A stretch of DNA of 64,000 bases from assembly GCA_900319715.1 (NCBI GenBank), contig ONPM01000004.1, forward strand, positions 1,739 through 65,738. The letters are read 5' to 3'. This DNA is from an uncultured Prevotella sp. Lineage in GTDB: Bacteria > Bacteroidota > Bacteroidia > Bacteroidales > Bacteroidaceae. The notes under the pieces were generated by a model. The model was not told the origin of the DNA, did no database searches, and saw nothing but the letters and a program-made list of their open reading frames with translations. Numbering within the stretch: position 1 is the first letter of the stretch; the number at the start of each line of letters is the position of its first letter. Shown here one piece after another: positions 38,467 to 50,500 of this stretch. Both the position numbers and the translations under genes were made by a program.

Positions 38467-40563
38467 CTAAAAACGGCAGGATGCACGTCGGTCTTTGAGA
38501 TAGTAACCATGCACCCCATCCTGAGATCCGCTGGGATAATGCTGGCGCTTCAGGGCGAGACCCAGTTTACGGATGGTGGGCACATCGGCAGCAACCAGAT
38601 GCTTGCGGAGATGCTGCTGGATATCCGTCGTTGTCATAAAAAATTCCCTATGATGTTCTGCCGGCAGATAGAGGCTCGAGAGGATATCATCCACCGATGT
38701 CATCAGTTGATGCCGCTGGTTGTGCTGGGTGATCTCCTGTTCGTCTTCGTTGGTGAACCAGTAGATGTCGCCCCGCTCCAGTTCTGCCAGCGCCTGGGCG
38801 TACATCTGACGGTAGTTGATGGTGCCCGACATATCTGCCTGGCCCGTCACCTCAACACACAGATAACGGCGTGAGCCCGTGGGGTCCGTCAGGGGCTGAC
38901 TGTCGTTGGTGGTGGCGATGAACGAACAGAGGCGGGGCTTCATCACATACTGGTCGGAGCGCATCTTCCGCACCTGAACATCCTTCTCCGTCAGCAGGCG
39001 TTTGATCTTGGCCTGCTCCCGTTCCGTCTTCGCATTGTACTCCTCGATATTCACCAGCCACATACGACTCAACACGCGCTCCACCTGCTCCGGATTGTCA
39101 AGTTTTATGTCATCCATATAATACTCTCGGAGGGCGTATGGCAGGATGTTCCGACAGAAACTCGACTTCTTCAGAGCCTGCGGGCCGATGAGTAGCGGCA
39201 CCACCGAGTTACCATAGTCGCGGTTCTTGTTCAGCGCCTGGGCCACCATCGCCAGGAACCAGCGGTGGAAGAAATGCGGCCAACGGTCGTAGTCGGTCTT
39301 CAGACGACGGGCGAAGTCCTCGATGTAGTCATGCTTGCCGTCCCACTTCCCTACTCCACCCAGGAATTCGAGGATGGGATTATAGGTCGGTACCATCGCA
39401 GAATGTACATATAATTCAATATCCATCGACCACCCGTGACCGCCCTCCAGCATCTCCTCGAAGGCGATCCGTTTCTGGTCGCGGTCCGTCAACGGTTGCC
39501 AAGGCTGGTAGGTCTGGTCGTTCAGACGGAACTCGACCATCTGCTTGATCTCATTGTAGCGCAACTGATAGCGGCGGGTCATAAACTCACGGATGGTCCG
39601 CGCGACGCGTTCCTTCTCATTCATCTGCGAGATCAATTTGCCCTCATAGGGCTTGGCGTAGGCCGCACGGAAGATCTTCCGTACCACATCCTCACTCAGA
39701 CGGACCCGCGAGAGCCACAGAGTGCGCTTCACACAGGCCTCTTCGGCCAGGCCTGCCTTACGGCAGTAGTCGGCGAGCGTCACCACGAGGGCCTCATCGG
39801 CATCACTCTCGGGATGGGCCTCGATGGCGTGCTGAAGACAGGTATAGAACTCCGTCCGCAGCCGTTCGCGCTCGTCACCTTGGGGACGTAACTGCACCGA
39901 ACCGTCGTCTTCGATCTGGACTCCCGTATATGGCGCCAGCACGCCCTGCGTCTCACGGACCACGGGAAGTGGCTGAGCGTCAGCACGATAGAAGAGACAA
40001 GGGTCGTGGCTCAGGCGACAGCCCGACCACCACGACAACTGCTGGACACGGAGTTCGCACTGGGCCAGCGTCTGGTAGATGGGCACCGCCGTCTGCTGGG
40101 CCTTCTGCAGCAGGGTCAGATACTCCCCGGACGTCTGCGACTCGTATCCGTCAGCATAGGCCACACGCATCACCACCTTCAGCGTCTTCCTACTGCTGCC
40201 GGCAAAGGCGAGCACCGTGTAAGGCACCGCCGACACCCGCTTTCTGACGGCCTCGACCTCCTCCATGCCCTTCGGACAACTGACATCCATCAGCAGCAGT
40301 CCCGTCATCGAGCGGAGATCGTCGAAGCCACCCTTGCCAAAGGTGGCGCTGAAGACGATTCTCGGCAGTCGGTCTGATGCTCCCAGCGCCCCCAGCAACT
40401 GGTTGTTCTTAGGATCAAGCAGGCGGGAGTGGGCCTCAGAGGCGATCTCCCGCACGGCTTCACGAGTAGATTCGGAGCACATTCGTTCAACAATGGCGTC
40501 CAGTTCGATGGTCACTGGTGAACCGAGTTCACCGTTCTTTGTCTTCATTTTTGTAATCTTCAT
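38467..40563 (-). CDS. BT4734/BF3469-family protein with a VirE/VapE-type P-loop domain (putative primase-helicase)
   Basis: N-terminal LPRIVFSA, GLLLMDV, AFAGSSRKTLKV and RLSHDP; C-terminal LRYNEI, YNPILEFL..WDG, IGPQALKKSS, WLVNIEE, SFIATTN..LTDPTGSRRYL. Start moved from the ORF-track 40650 to the ATG at 40563, downstream of a promoter motif. Confidence 0.85.
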   Translation of the reverse strand: MKITKMKTKNGELGSPVTIELDAIVERMCSESTREAVREIASEAHSRLLDPKNNQLLGALGASDRLPRIVFSATFGKGGFDDLRSMTGLLLMDVSCPKGMEEVEAVRKRVSAVPYTVLAFAGSSRKTLKVVMRVAYADGYESQTSGEYLTLLQKAQQTAVPIYQTLAQCELRVQQLSWWSGCRLSHDPCLFYRADAQPLPVVRETQGVLAPYTGVQIEDDGSVQLRPQGDERERLRTEFYTCLQHAIEAHPESDADEALVVTLADYCRKAGLAEEACVKRTLWLSRVRLSEDVVRKIFRAAYAKPYEGKLISQMNEKERVARTIREFMTRRYQLRYNEIKQMVEFRLNDQTYQPWQPLTDRDQKRIAFEEMLEGGHGWSMDIELYVHSAMVPTYNPILEFLGGVGKWDGKHDYIEDFARRLKTDYDRWPHFFHRWFLAMVAQALNKNRDYGNSVVPLLIGPQALKKSSFCRNILPYALREYYMDDIKLDNPEQVERVLSRMWLVNIEEYNAKTEREQAKIKRLLTEKDVQVRKMRSDQYVMKPRLCSFIATTNDSQPLTDPTGSRRYLCVEVTGQADMSGTINYRQMYAQALAELERGDIYWFTNEDEQEITQHNQRHQLMTSVDDILSSLYLPAEHHREFFMTTTDIQQHLRKHLVAADVPTIRKLGLALKRQHYPSGSQDGVHGYYLKDRRASCRF

Positions 40564-40589
40564 AATTTGTGAATTTGATGGTTTCCGAC

Positions 40590-40599
40590 TGCAAAGATA
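40590..40599 (-). promoter_or_regulatory. -7 promoter element TATCTTTGCA for the BT4734/VirE gene
   Basis: TAnnTTTG match about 27 bp upstream of the ATG at 40563. Confidence 0.55.
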
Positions 40600-40643
40600 A
40601 TAAATAATCATGATATTTGCTGTGGTTTTCAGGCCCTGCAAAA

Positions 40644-40760
40644 GTGCCAATAGGTTGCACTATCGGTGCTAACGGCTGGAACTGTCAGTGCCAAGGTTTG
40701 ACACCCGTAGTACCAACCGTTGAAACCAATAGTTTCAGGCATTGGAACCAAAGTTGGAAC
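40644..40760. repeat. Array of five 22-bp-period degenerate palindromes GTNYCA-N5-TGRNAC-N5
   Basis: Units start at exactly 40644, 40666, 40688, 40710 and 40732. Confidence 0.85.
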
Positions 40761-40823
40761 TATAGTTAAAGTTAGTTAAAGTTTCGTTTGGGCGGTTTTC
40801 AGGGGCGAAAAAGGCCGAAAAAG

Positions 40824-40906
40824 GTGCAGGATGGGTGCAGGATAGCGTGCAGGATAACCAACGCAAACTGCCCCATTTTACTGGGGCAGTGCAGGATATG
40901 CAGGAT
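40824..40906. repeat. Five TGCAGGAT direct repeats around a GC hairpin
   Basis: (G/A)TGCAGGAT at 40824, 40835, 40847, 40889 and 40898; hairpin ACTGCCCCA-TTTTAC-TGGGGCAGT at 40867-40890. Confidence 0.85.
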
Positions 40907-40915
40907 AAAAAACGG

Positions 40916-41365
40916 TTACCTATGATGGAAGTCGTAGGTGGTGACGTAGCCGTCGAACTCGAGGTCCTTGGTATAGCCGGCGCTCTCAAAGCGTCGGATA
41001 ATCCAGGCCTGCTGCTCAGGCGTGAGCAGTTTGTCACCCCGGTTATAACGGTAGTAGGGCGTCTTGCCGCCGAGGTATTTCTTCAGGTCTGTCCTGAGAC
41101 TCTTATCGTCGCGGGCCAGGACATTATAGAACAACTGGTCGAATCCCCATGCCATCCGCTTGGGTTCCATCTTGTGGAAGTACTGGCAGGTGCCGTCGGC
41201 CTCGAGGGCCGTCGGATAGATGGCCGGGCCCCACTTCTTCTCTGCCGTCACCTTCTGTCCGGCCTTCCACCGCAGGCAGGCTTCCCGCATCGGGCACTCC
41301 GCGGTGAAGCAGATCTGATAGCCTGCCGGCACATCCTTAAATTCAAATTCTCTGCAGGTTTTCAC
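40916..41365 (-). CDS. Small Cys-rich protein (DUF6078-like)
   Basis: C-x4-CP-x4-CLR...C pattern, YYRYNRG..LTPEQQAWI..F and FDGY. Confidence 0.75.
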   Translation of the reverse strand: MKTCREFEFKDVPAGYQICFTAECPMREACLRWKAGQKVTAEKKWGPAIYPTALEADGTCQYFHKMEPKRMAWGFDQLFYNVLARDDKSLRTDLKKYLGGKTPYYRYNRGDKLLTPEQQAWIIRRFESAGYTKDLEFDGYVTTYDFHHR

Positions 41366-41415
41366 TTTGTCACGACCTTATTTAATTTCATTGATGAACG
41401 ATTCTCGTCACTTAC

Positions 41416-41524
41416 GCTTATACTTTATTCTCGCTTAACCGCAACCTTAAACCTCGTTTTAGTTTGCTCACGCTCGATAAAGCATAAGCGGGCTTATGCT
41501 TTATTCTCGCTTAACCGCAACCTT
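41416..41524. repeat. Direct repeat of the 3' end of the 3789-aa gene plus a 13-bp hairpin (probable terminator / REP-like element)
   Basis: CTTTATTCTCGCTTAACCGCAACCTT at 41423-41448 and 41499-41524; stem ATAAAGCATAAGC-GG-GCTTATGCTTTAT at 41477-41504. Confidence 0.85.
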
Positions 41525-44500
41525 CTTCATATACTGTCCGTCGGCCGTGTAGACGACATACATGCCTGAGAAGTCGGCCTGAACCTTGACGGTACCACCC
41601 GGCTTGACGGAGAAGGTGCTCACCGTGATGCCAGCCGGCGTGACGATACGTACATCGGTGGTGTAGCCGAGGGTCGACTCGACGATGATATGGCCCTTCT
41701 TGGCATAGATAATCAGCGTGCCGCTGTCACCCAGCCTCGGGTCGCCGTGCTCGTCGGCATTCATCTTGCTGTCGTCCTCACCGAAGACGATGCGCTCAAT
41801 ATCGCTGGACACGCCTCGAGTACCGTTGGCGGCCATGACGAAGTACGGACGGAAGGCCTCGACGACGGCACCGGCAGCGTTCTTGTCGAAACTGCCACCA
41901 TCAGCAGCCAGCACATAGCCTGTGCCGGCAGCCTGCAGCGTGGTATTGCTATAGTTAGGCTGGAACTGGTAGCCGGAGGCCTTGACAGGCGTCAGTTCGT
42001 CGTCGCTGACCGCAATGGAGATGCCCGGCTCGGAAGCGAAGATGACTTCCTGCTGACTGAGCCTAGAAATGTCTGTATGCGTGTTCTTGGGATTGAACGT
42101 TCCACTGAGGTCGAACTCATAGTAGCGGCTGCCCGGCAGACCGATGATGTAGGGCGCTCCTGCCGCACTGTAAGGATAGCCGCTGTAGACGTGCTCATCC
42201 TTGTAGTACGTCTTCTGGTACTCATCCTGGTGCACATCCCAATAACTGTCATAACTGTAATAGTAATCCCAGAGGAAGGTATTGGTATAGTACTTCTTCG
42301 CCATACCGGCATCGGGCTTCGTCATGTTGGCGACGAAGGTATGAGCGTCAGCCGTCGAGACGGAACCGCCCTTGAACTCACGCAGCCAGTACTCATGACC
42401 CGTTGCGCTGCCATTGTAGAAGTGGGTGATCTCACCCTTGTCGGGCGTCGTCACCAACTCGGCGCTGAACGGCAGGCTGACAGCCTCCCAGCCCTTCTTC
42501 TCGTCGACAAAGTTATCGGGAGTGCGCTGGTACCACATGCGGTTATCACTGCCGAGGGTGTACTTGATAGGACAGTTGAAATCGTTACGGTCGACGAGCA
42601 CATGGTCGAGCGTGGTGTACAGTTTGCCGCCGCTGCGATAGACCAGATGACCGTGGATGCCAGCGATGTCATTAGCCGTCAGCGCATCGACAGCGCGGTA
42701 TTCAGCCTTCATGCCCGTCGTCGCATCAGCCTCCTTCTCGACCATCTCCGGCTCCGTGAAGTACGTCGTCAGGACTGTTCCGTTATCCGGGACGGCATCA
42801 GCCGTAACAGTCTCGGCCGGAGTTGGCACTGGCGAGTACACCAGCAGGTTCCTCGTCTCGTCGGCATTAGCCACGCCGGCGAGGCTGACCGTAGCGTCGA
42901 AGACAGGACTGTAGAAGATGCCGTCGGCATCGAGGGTCTTGCTGTAGCCCTTGTCGTTATAGCCCGTGAAGTCGACGGCCGTCATGCCCGGGTAGGCCTC
43001 GTGCTGTCCGTCGGCCGACTTGGCAGCCATGATGGCATACGGGTTGAAGTGGAAGGTTCCCAACTTCTTGTTGCCGAAGTAGGCCGGTGTACGGAAGACG
43101 CGGTTCGACTCTGGAACCGTCTGAAGCGTATGGCAGTCGCCCGTCTTGTTCTGATGCGACGGCACCTCCTGATGAGTACCCACACCAGCGTACTGGTAGC
43201 CATAGGTGAGCGACTGTCCGAAGAAGAGATAGTCGTCGGGCCACAGCGGCTGGTAAGTGAGGCTGCCGTCGTCGTTGGTCTTCAGACGGACATCATCGTT
43301 TTCAGGAATCACACCGTCGGCATAGAGGAAGTCGATGTCATCGTTCGAGTAGCGGTTCTCCACATAGCCGTAGGTGTCGACCTTGTCGGCAGCGGCAGCC
43401 TGACGGTTGTAACGCTCCTTCAGGAAGAAGCCGTTCAGGTTGTAGGCCACCTCACCGTTGTAGAACTGCTGTTCCGTCATGCGACGTGCGATGCCGTGAC
43501 TGCTGTTGGCGGTCTTGTAGTCGCCTGTGGCGGTGGTATAGTAACAGTTCTCTATCTGTCGCGTCGTGCTGACCTGGTCACTCGGATTGCCGAAGACGGC
43601 GTAGACATTGGCATCGGGGGTGGCGCTGGTCTTCACCCAGCAGTTCTCCACATAGCCGTCGCCCGTATCGGCGATACCGGCAGAGGTGAACGAGCCGCTG
43701 GCACCGAGGTTGTAGACATGGCCGCAGAGGTTGCCGAAGAGCGACTTGTTGAGTCCGCTGACGGTATAGCCCTCGCCATGGAGCGTACCGGCGAAGCAGT
43801 TCGTCTCATCGCCAAGCGGTGTCCAGTCGGCATATGCCTTCGGCGACTGGTCGGCATGGAGGAGGAAGTCGAGGTGGTTGCCTGCCTTCACCCGGTCGTT
43901 GAGCGGTGCGTGGCCGCTGAGACCGCTGACGCTGAGGTCGAAGAAGTCACGCAGCAAGTCGATGCCACTCTTGGCGTCGCCAGTATAGTCGTTCAGGTAG
44001 ATCTTACTGTTACGCTTCACATCGGGATGGTCGATATGCAGATGGAACTCCGTGTCGGCCATCACCTCCCGCAGGTCGTGGTAGTTGGCCACGCTGAACG
44101 GTACGGCATTGGAATAGGTCTTACCGAGGTAGGTCTTGGCGTAGTAGGCCAGATACTGACCGTCCTGATACCAGTAGACCGGTGTCTTGTTGGTGAACTC
44201 CCTGCCATTGCGGTGGCGCTCGGCGTCCTCCTCGTTCTCGAAGACCTCCCAGCCGCCGCCCATGATCTCATAGGCACCCGGCTTCACGGTGGGCTGGAAG
44301 AGTCCCACATAGTCGCCCGGCAGGACAGTAGCCGGCGAGCGGAGGTTGCCAATCTCGGGCACACCACTCTCGAAGTGGATATGGATATTGACGATATGGC
44401 GCTCAGAGATCGGCTCGATATGCGTACCGCTCTCGTCGCTCTCAGTATAGTCGTAACTGAAGATGACGGTGATGATACGGTCCTTCTGCAGGTCGAAGAC

Positions 44501-47500
44501 ATCCGACTGTCCGGCGACATAGAGCGTGGTCAGTTCCTCAGGAGCATTACCCTGGATGGTGAAATGCTTCTGGAGGTTCGACAACTGCTTGTAGTTGTCC
44601 TGACTGATGAGCACACCGGGACGTACGTCACCACCCTTGCCGATGGTCGAGCCGGTACGGACATCTGTCACGGCATGGCCGTTCACGTCGTTGCTGATGC
44701 GGTAGTCCGCACGACAGTAATAATAGGTATTGTTCAACTCGCTGTCGCTGAACGAGAGGGCGGTCACATGACTCTTCTGGTCGTCGGTCAGATAACTGTA
44801 AGCCTCGGCAGAGATGACCTGTCCGACGGTGTACGGCTGGTCGCCACGGACAAAGGCCATATTGACCACATAGACCGTATTGCCATCGACCTTCACCGGC
44901 GAGTAATGGTACTGCTCGTTGGGGATGGCCTCGTACTGCTCACGGTCGATGACATCGCCGTTGCTGACAGTATGAGAGACACCATTGTTGTCGGTATAGT
45001 TCAATGCCTCGGCATGCGAGTACACCGCCTGATAGTCGATAGGCTGTACCGACGAGTAGCGGAACGGTGACTGGTTATTGTCGTAGAGTTTCATGTTACC
45101 GGAGTAGTCCGGGTCGATGAGCAGGTTGAAGGCGTCATAGTTGAAGCGGAAGTTCTGACGGTCCTCGGTAGAGAGCGACGACCATGCCTTCAGGGCCGTG
45201 TACTTCTGTCCGGCCTCGAAGAATCCGCCGCCATAGTAACCCTCCTGGTAACAGATGTAGGCCGGGCTTACCATCTTGTTCACCTCAGCGATGGCTGCTT
45301 CCCTCGTCCCGCCGAAGTCGCTCACATACACATCCACGACCTCGTTGTAACGCTCTGTCGTCAGAATCTCTCCAAAGAGCATCGACTTGCTGGCGTATTG
45401 CCCGTCGAACTCAATGGTACCGGTGCAGACACGGGCCTGCTCCACCTGCGACGCGATGGTCGTCCAGGTAGCGGCAGAGTAGTCCTCCTTGCACAACGGC
45501 GTGCCGGCGATGAAGTGATAGGTCTTGTCGCCGTCGGTGAAGGTCACATCCTGCTTGGTGACCCAGGCCTCAGCCATCTTTGCCTGTTTCCGGTCAGCCG
45601 TATCGGCAGGCTTATGGCTGCCCATGCTCTCATAGTCGTCGCGAGTGGTCTTGTCGATGACCTCACCTGCCTCATAGAAGCGCTGGCCGTAGACACCCGT
45701 CGAGATGGGTGAGTAGGTGCAGTTGGGATCCTGTGTGTTCCAGGCACTCGGGTTGTCGACAGCATAGGTGACGACGTAGCCGAGGTCGTGAGTCAGGTTG
45801 TTGGAACGGCGGAAGACGAAGTCGAAGTCGACATTCTCCTCCTTGGCGACATGGTAGACCGTCGGATGGGCGGCCTTCAACTTCTCGTAGTCGGCGGGCA
45901 GGAGTACCGTTCCCTCCGGATAGGTCTTGTCGCCGATCTTACACTCGGCGATGGTCAGATAGGTGTCGGCGACGAAGTGACGCTGGTCTACCTCACTCAA
46001 CTGCATCCAGTCCCAATAACTGATGGAGTCGTTGAGATGATAGGTCACATCGTTGTTGACCAGCACGCTGTAGTTATCCTTGGTCTCATCGGTATTCTGC
46101 AGCGGCGTGCGGTCTTTCTCGTTGGCCTCGGTAGAGTAATAGTAGGCGTAGAGGTTCACCTTCACGTCCTCGAGTTTCATCTTACCATAAGAGGCTGCAT
46201 TGATGTTCAGAGGTATCTTCTGGGCCTTGCTGTAGGCGTTAGCCACACCGGTATAGGCGGTGATATACTGATCGTAGACGTAACTGGTACCACGGATGAA
46301 CCAGTAATGGGCGGGGGCGGCATTCGCACCCTTGTAGGCATTGCTGGTGGGATAGCAGTCGTCGATGATCTGCTTCACGTTATGCACGAAGTTACCGGAG
46401 GTCTCCACTTCCTTCAGGTCGGTATCGCTATAGGTGAACACCTTATTCGTGACAGCCTTGGCATGAGCGCTGGACTGTTTATTATAAGAGGAGAGGACGG
46501 TTTGGTCGTTGCCAGAGGCAGAGCGGGTGCCATGCACATTCTTGGCATAGACATAACCGCCGCCGAGACCGGTCTTCACATTGATCAGTTCCAGTTGAGC
46601 CACACCGGTGATGTAGCCCCAGTCCTTTTTCTCCGGCGTGCTCTTCTCGGTGGTCAGTTCCAGATAGACACCCGAGGCGAGGGCCACGCTGTTGGCCACC
46701 TTACCGTTGTTACGCTTACGCTCCTTCGGGAAGGCCTCCTTCCACTGGTAGAAGGTCTTGCCGTCGGCAGGATAGTTGTTATTGTCGGTGACACGTGTCG
46801 TCCCATAGAAGTCCACATCGCTGGTCAGACCTCCCATGTAGTTCACGACACTGTAAATGCCGAAATAGTTACCGTGGGACCGGAACGCCGGATCGCTCTC
46901 ACCGGCGAGGGTCTGGACCTGATTAAGCGAGACCTCACCCACACGGTTCACGGTGTAGTCGGTCTTGTCGGCCACGCTGGGCACACGGTCCTTGGCACCC
47001 TGCATGACGAGACGGCTACCGAAGATGCCGCAGAAGTCAGCACGCTGGATGGTGTTCATCAGACGACCGGCATAGATAGAGCAGAAGCCCCACAGTTGCC
47101 AATTGCCCTTGTACTGGTCGTCGAGTGCATTATAGACTTCCTCGGTGATACGCTGACCTTTGGCATAACTCTTGGTTCCGCTGGCACTCGTCGCCTCATA
47201 AGCATTGATGCACTGATACTCCAGGGCGAAGTAGGCACGCTCACGGTCAGTCAGTTTATAATAGTCCTCCAGACTGATATTATCCGACATGCCATAGTAG
47301 TCGGTGCCGTAGTTGGTGATGTTCAACTCACGATAGCCGTCGACGAGTGTCAGGTTACCGTCGCCATAGATACCACCCACATGCTCAGCACCAATCGTGA
47401 CGAGGTCGCGGTTGTAGATGTCGACCACATTGGCAGACACATTGCCGTGCACGGTCTTCTCGTTGGCATAGATGCCGGCATCGCCTACCGTCACGTTACC

Positions 47501-50500
47501 ACCGGCAAAGATGGCATTATGGACGATGACACCGGAGAGGTCCAGTTTGTCCCAGTAAGTGCTGTGGGCTGACGACTTGTTCTGAAGCCTGTCGAGGTCA
47601 GAGGCCGGAACGAACTGGCCGGCCTGATAGGTACCGCCACCATTGGGAATCGTGATGTCGCTCTTGGCCTGACACCATGGTGTGATGACCACGCTACAGT
47701 CTTCTGTCAACTCGCTACCATGATAATAATAGCCGTCGGCAGCGGATTTCTGACCTGTGCCGCTATAGACATAGCCTACGTTACCGCCACCGAAGACATT
47801 GCCGAAACCGTCGGCAACACCGGCCGCGGTACCCACCTCACCACCGAGGATGCGCACTTCGGTCTTTCCGAAGACATAGCCCTTGGAACTGAGGTCCATG
47901 GTCTTCTTCTCTTCATCGGTCATATAACCTTCACCGTTCCAGTTGTCGAAGCCTCGGCCACCCCCAAAGACATCACGCAGCACATGACCACGGAACAGGG
48001 ACACCCGGGTGCCACCAGGCTTGTAGATCTTCGCCTCGCCGTTGATGAAGGTACCGTCAGGTGCTGCAGCACCATTCTTCACCGTACCACGACCGATCGG
48101 GCCGACCTCACCGCCGCCATAAAGGCCACCACGGATGACACCGCCATACACCTTGACATCGGAGAAGTCGACATAACTGTTGGCCACATAACCGCCACCG
48201 AAGACATTACCGCTCCGGTCGAGCAGGTTGTCACCGGCCTTCACGTCGTCGAGTTCCTCCACATATTCATTATTCTTATAACGATAGCCGATGCGTCCGT
48301 TGTTGATCGTGACATAAGCCGTACCGAAGATGCCACCACCCTCACCACCGCCGTAGACATTACGGTTGATGGCAGGAACGCCATTGAGGAAACTGGTTCC
48401 GTTGAGGTTACCGACGACGACATGGGTATCACCGCTACGGTCGCCCGCATTGTTGGCCACGTCGCTGATGAGTCCCTCGTGATAGCCCACGCTACCACGC
48501 CAGCCACCGCCGTAGACATTACGTACCATACCACCATCGACATAAGCGTTAGCCGTGGCGGTGAAGCCTGCGGCGAAGACATCGGTCACACTACCGGTGG
48601 TACCTGCCGCATAGATATCCTTTACGACCGTGCCGCCGAGCAGGGCAACATAGGTAGAGCCATAGACACCACCTGTCAATGTATTCGGTTCCGATCCATA
48701 TCCGCCACCATAGACATAACTGCCGACAGTAGCACCTTCATGGATGATCACGTTGGTGTTATACCTCTTATATATTCTGGCCTTCTGGTCGTCCGTCAAC
48801 TTACTATAATCACGGTCGTCCATCTCTGCCACCCTGACAAGTGGATTGAGGAGGTTGGTGTATTGATATGGCTTTTCGTCATGATAGGCATATCTCTTGA
48901 ATTCTCCAATAGGATCATAATAGTCGCCGATAGTCCATGCATCCTTCCAGGCTTCCAGCCATTCAGTCTTATACGCAGCCTTCAGTGTACCGCCAACAGT
49001 GCCACCTTCCCATTTATCAGGATTTCTCCAATAATCGTCTTCATTGGCCACCATGTCTGCCGGCTGACCACTATAGAGTTGCAGGTACTTCTGCACACTC
49101 TCGGCATTGAGCACATTACCCAATTCACCGCCACCATAGACCTCCCAGACATTGGCGCCCTTATTGAGGTTCACCTCGGTGTATTCCGCCCATGTATAGT
49201 CACCACGGCCAGCACCGTAGACGGTGCCTGAATATCCATTTTCCTTCAGTACCGGTGCAGAAACATTAATCTTGGCATAGAGCGTACGGCGCACGTTATT
49301 GTTACCACCATAGATAGCGCCATTCACACGGGCATCTCCACCCTGATAGTTCACGTTTGCCTCATATACATCACAAGGCGGGAGAATGTGCATGCCGTAT
49401 GCGCCACCGAAGATGTTATTGATCTTAATAGTAGACTTCTCAGGCACGTTGACGAGGGTACGGCGGGTGATACCTTCCTCGTAACTACCGCCATAGGCGG
49501 CACTCACCTTACCACGCAACAGGTCGATGACGGCAGTGGCCTCGTTAGGGTCGACAGTGCCGTCAAACGTATCTTTCGCAGGATAGCGCATGCCGAGACC
49601 GTTATAGGCACCCGCACCGAAGATCTCCATATCAGTGAAATTCGTGATGCCATCGGGGATATCGATCAGCACATAACTGTGGTCCTGCGACTTGTCGCCG
49701 TCACGGTCACCGGAAAAACCTTCTCCTGCACCGAAGACGCGCTCTATCACACTGTTAGCGTTGGTGATGGGTCTGATATTAACGAAAGCATTATGCAGAT
49801 AGGGTTTATTGGTGATGCGGTTCTTATAAGCATCAGCCTTATAGTCATAATCACCGAAACAACCACCCAAGATATTCCTCACCCTACCCTGGGTATACTC
49901 CATATAAGATGAAACAGGACGGGCTTCTGCCACCATGGCCTTGACTTCGTCACGGATATGGTCAGAGAAAGTCGGGCTGTTGGTCGCCAAGATGCTGCCG
50001 CCCAGGTCGTTACCACCATAGATATGGTCGCGGATCCAGGGGAAGCCATTGGTTCCCACGTAGGTCTCGGTATGACCGAGGATGTCGGCATTACAGGAGC
50101 CGGCGAAGGAGTTGAAGATACGACCGTTGTTCAAGTTGATGTGCGTATCACCGGCGATGACACCCTCGAAGGCACCGCCATAGATGAACTCACACTCAGC
50201 CATGTCCTTATCGTCGCCCTTCGCACCGCGTGCCACACCAGACAGGCGCTTGTCGCCGTTGAGGTTGATATAGGTGCTGTATTTCGAATCGTAGGTGTAT
50301 TCCATCTTCTTGGTCTGCTCGTTATAAGTTCCCTTACCGATGGCACCAGCCTCACCGCCACCGAAGATCTGGAACACATAACCCTTGTTCAGGTTGATGG
50401 TGGTGCTGCCCCAGATCTCTGAGTCGGCACCGTAACCGGCACCAAACACATTGAGGGCGTCACCGAGTACGTCCATACCCTGTTCGGAGAGAATGACACC

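Noticed and set aside
40564-40650. ORF-track N-terminal extensions (VirE from 40650; pilin from 54064)
   Set aside because: The extensions run through a promoter motif or a repeat spacer, and downstream ATGs give better starts.
40644-40906. Possible CRISPR mini-array
   Set aside because: The repeats are 6-9 bp with spacers of only a few bases, and there are no cas genes.
41690-47572. Long + strand ORFs (1126 aa, 594 aa) and many other antisense ORFs
   Set aside because: They lie exactly opposite strong genes, have no recognisable motifs, and are expected shadows of GC-rich codon bias.
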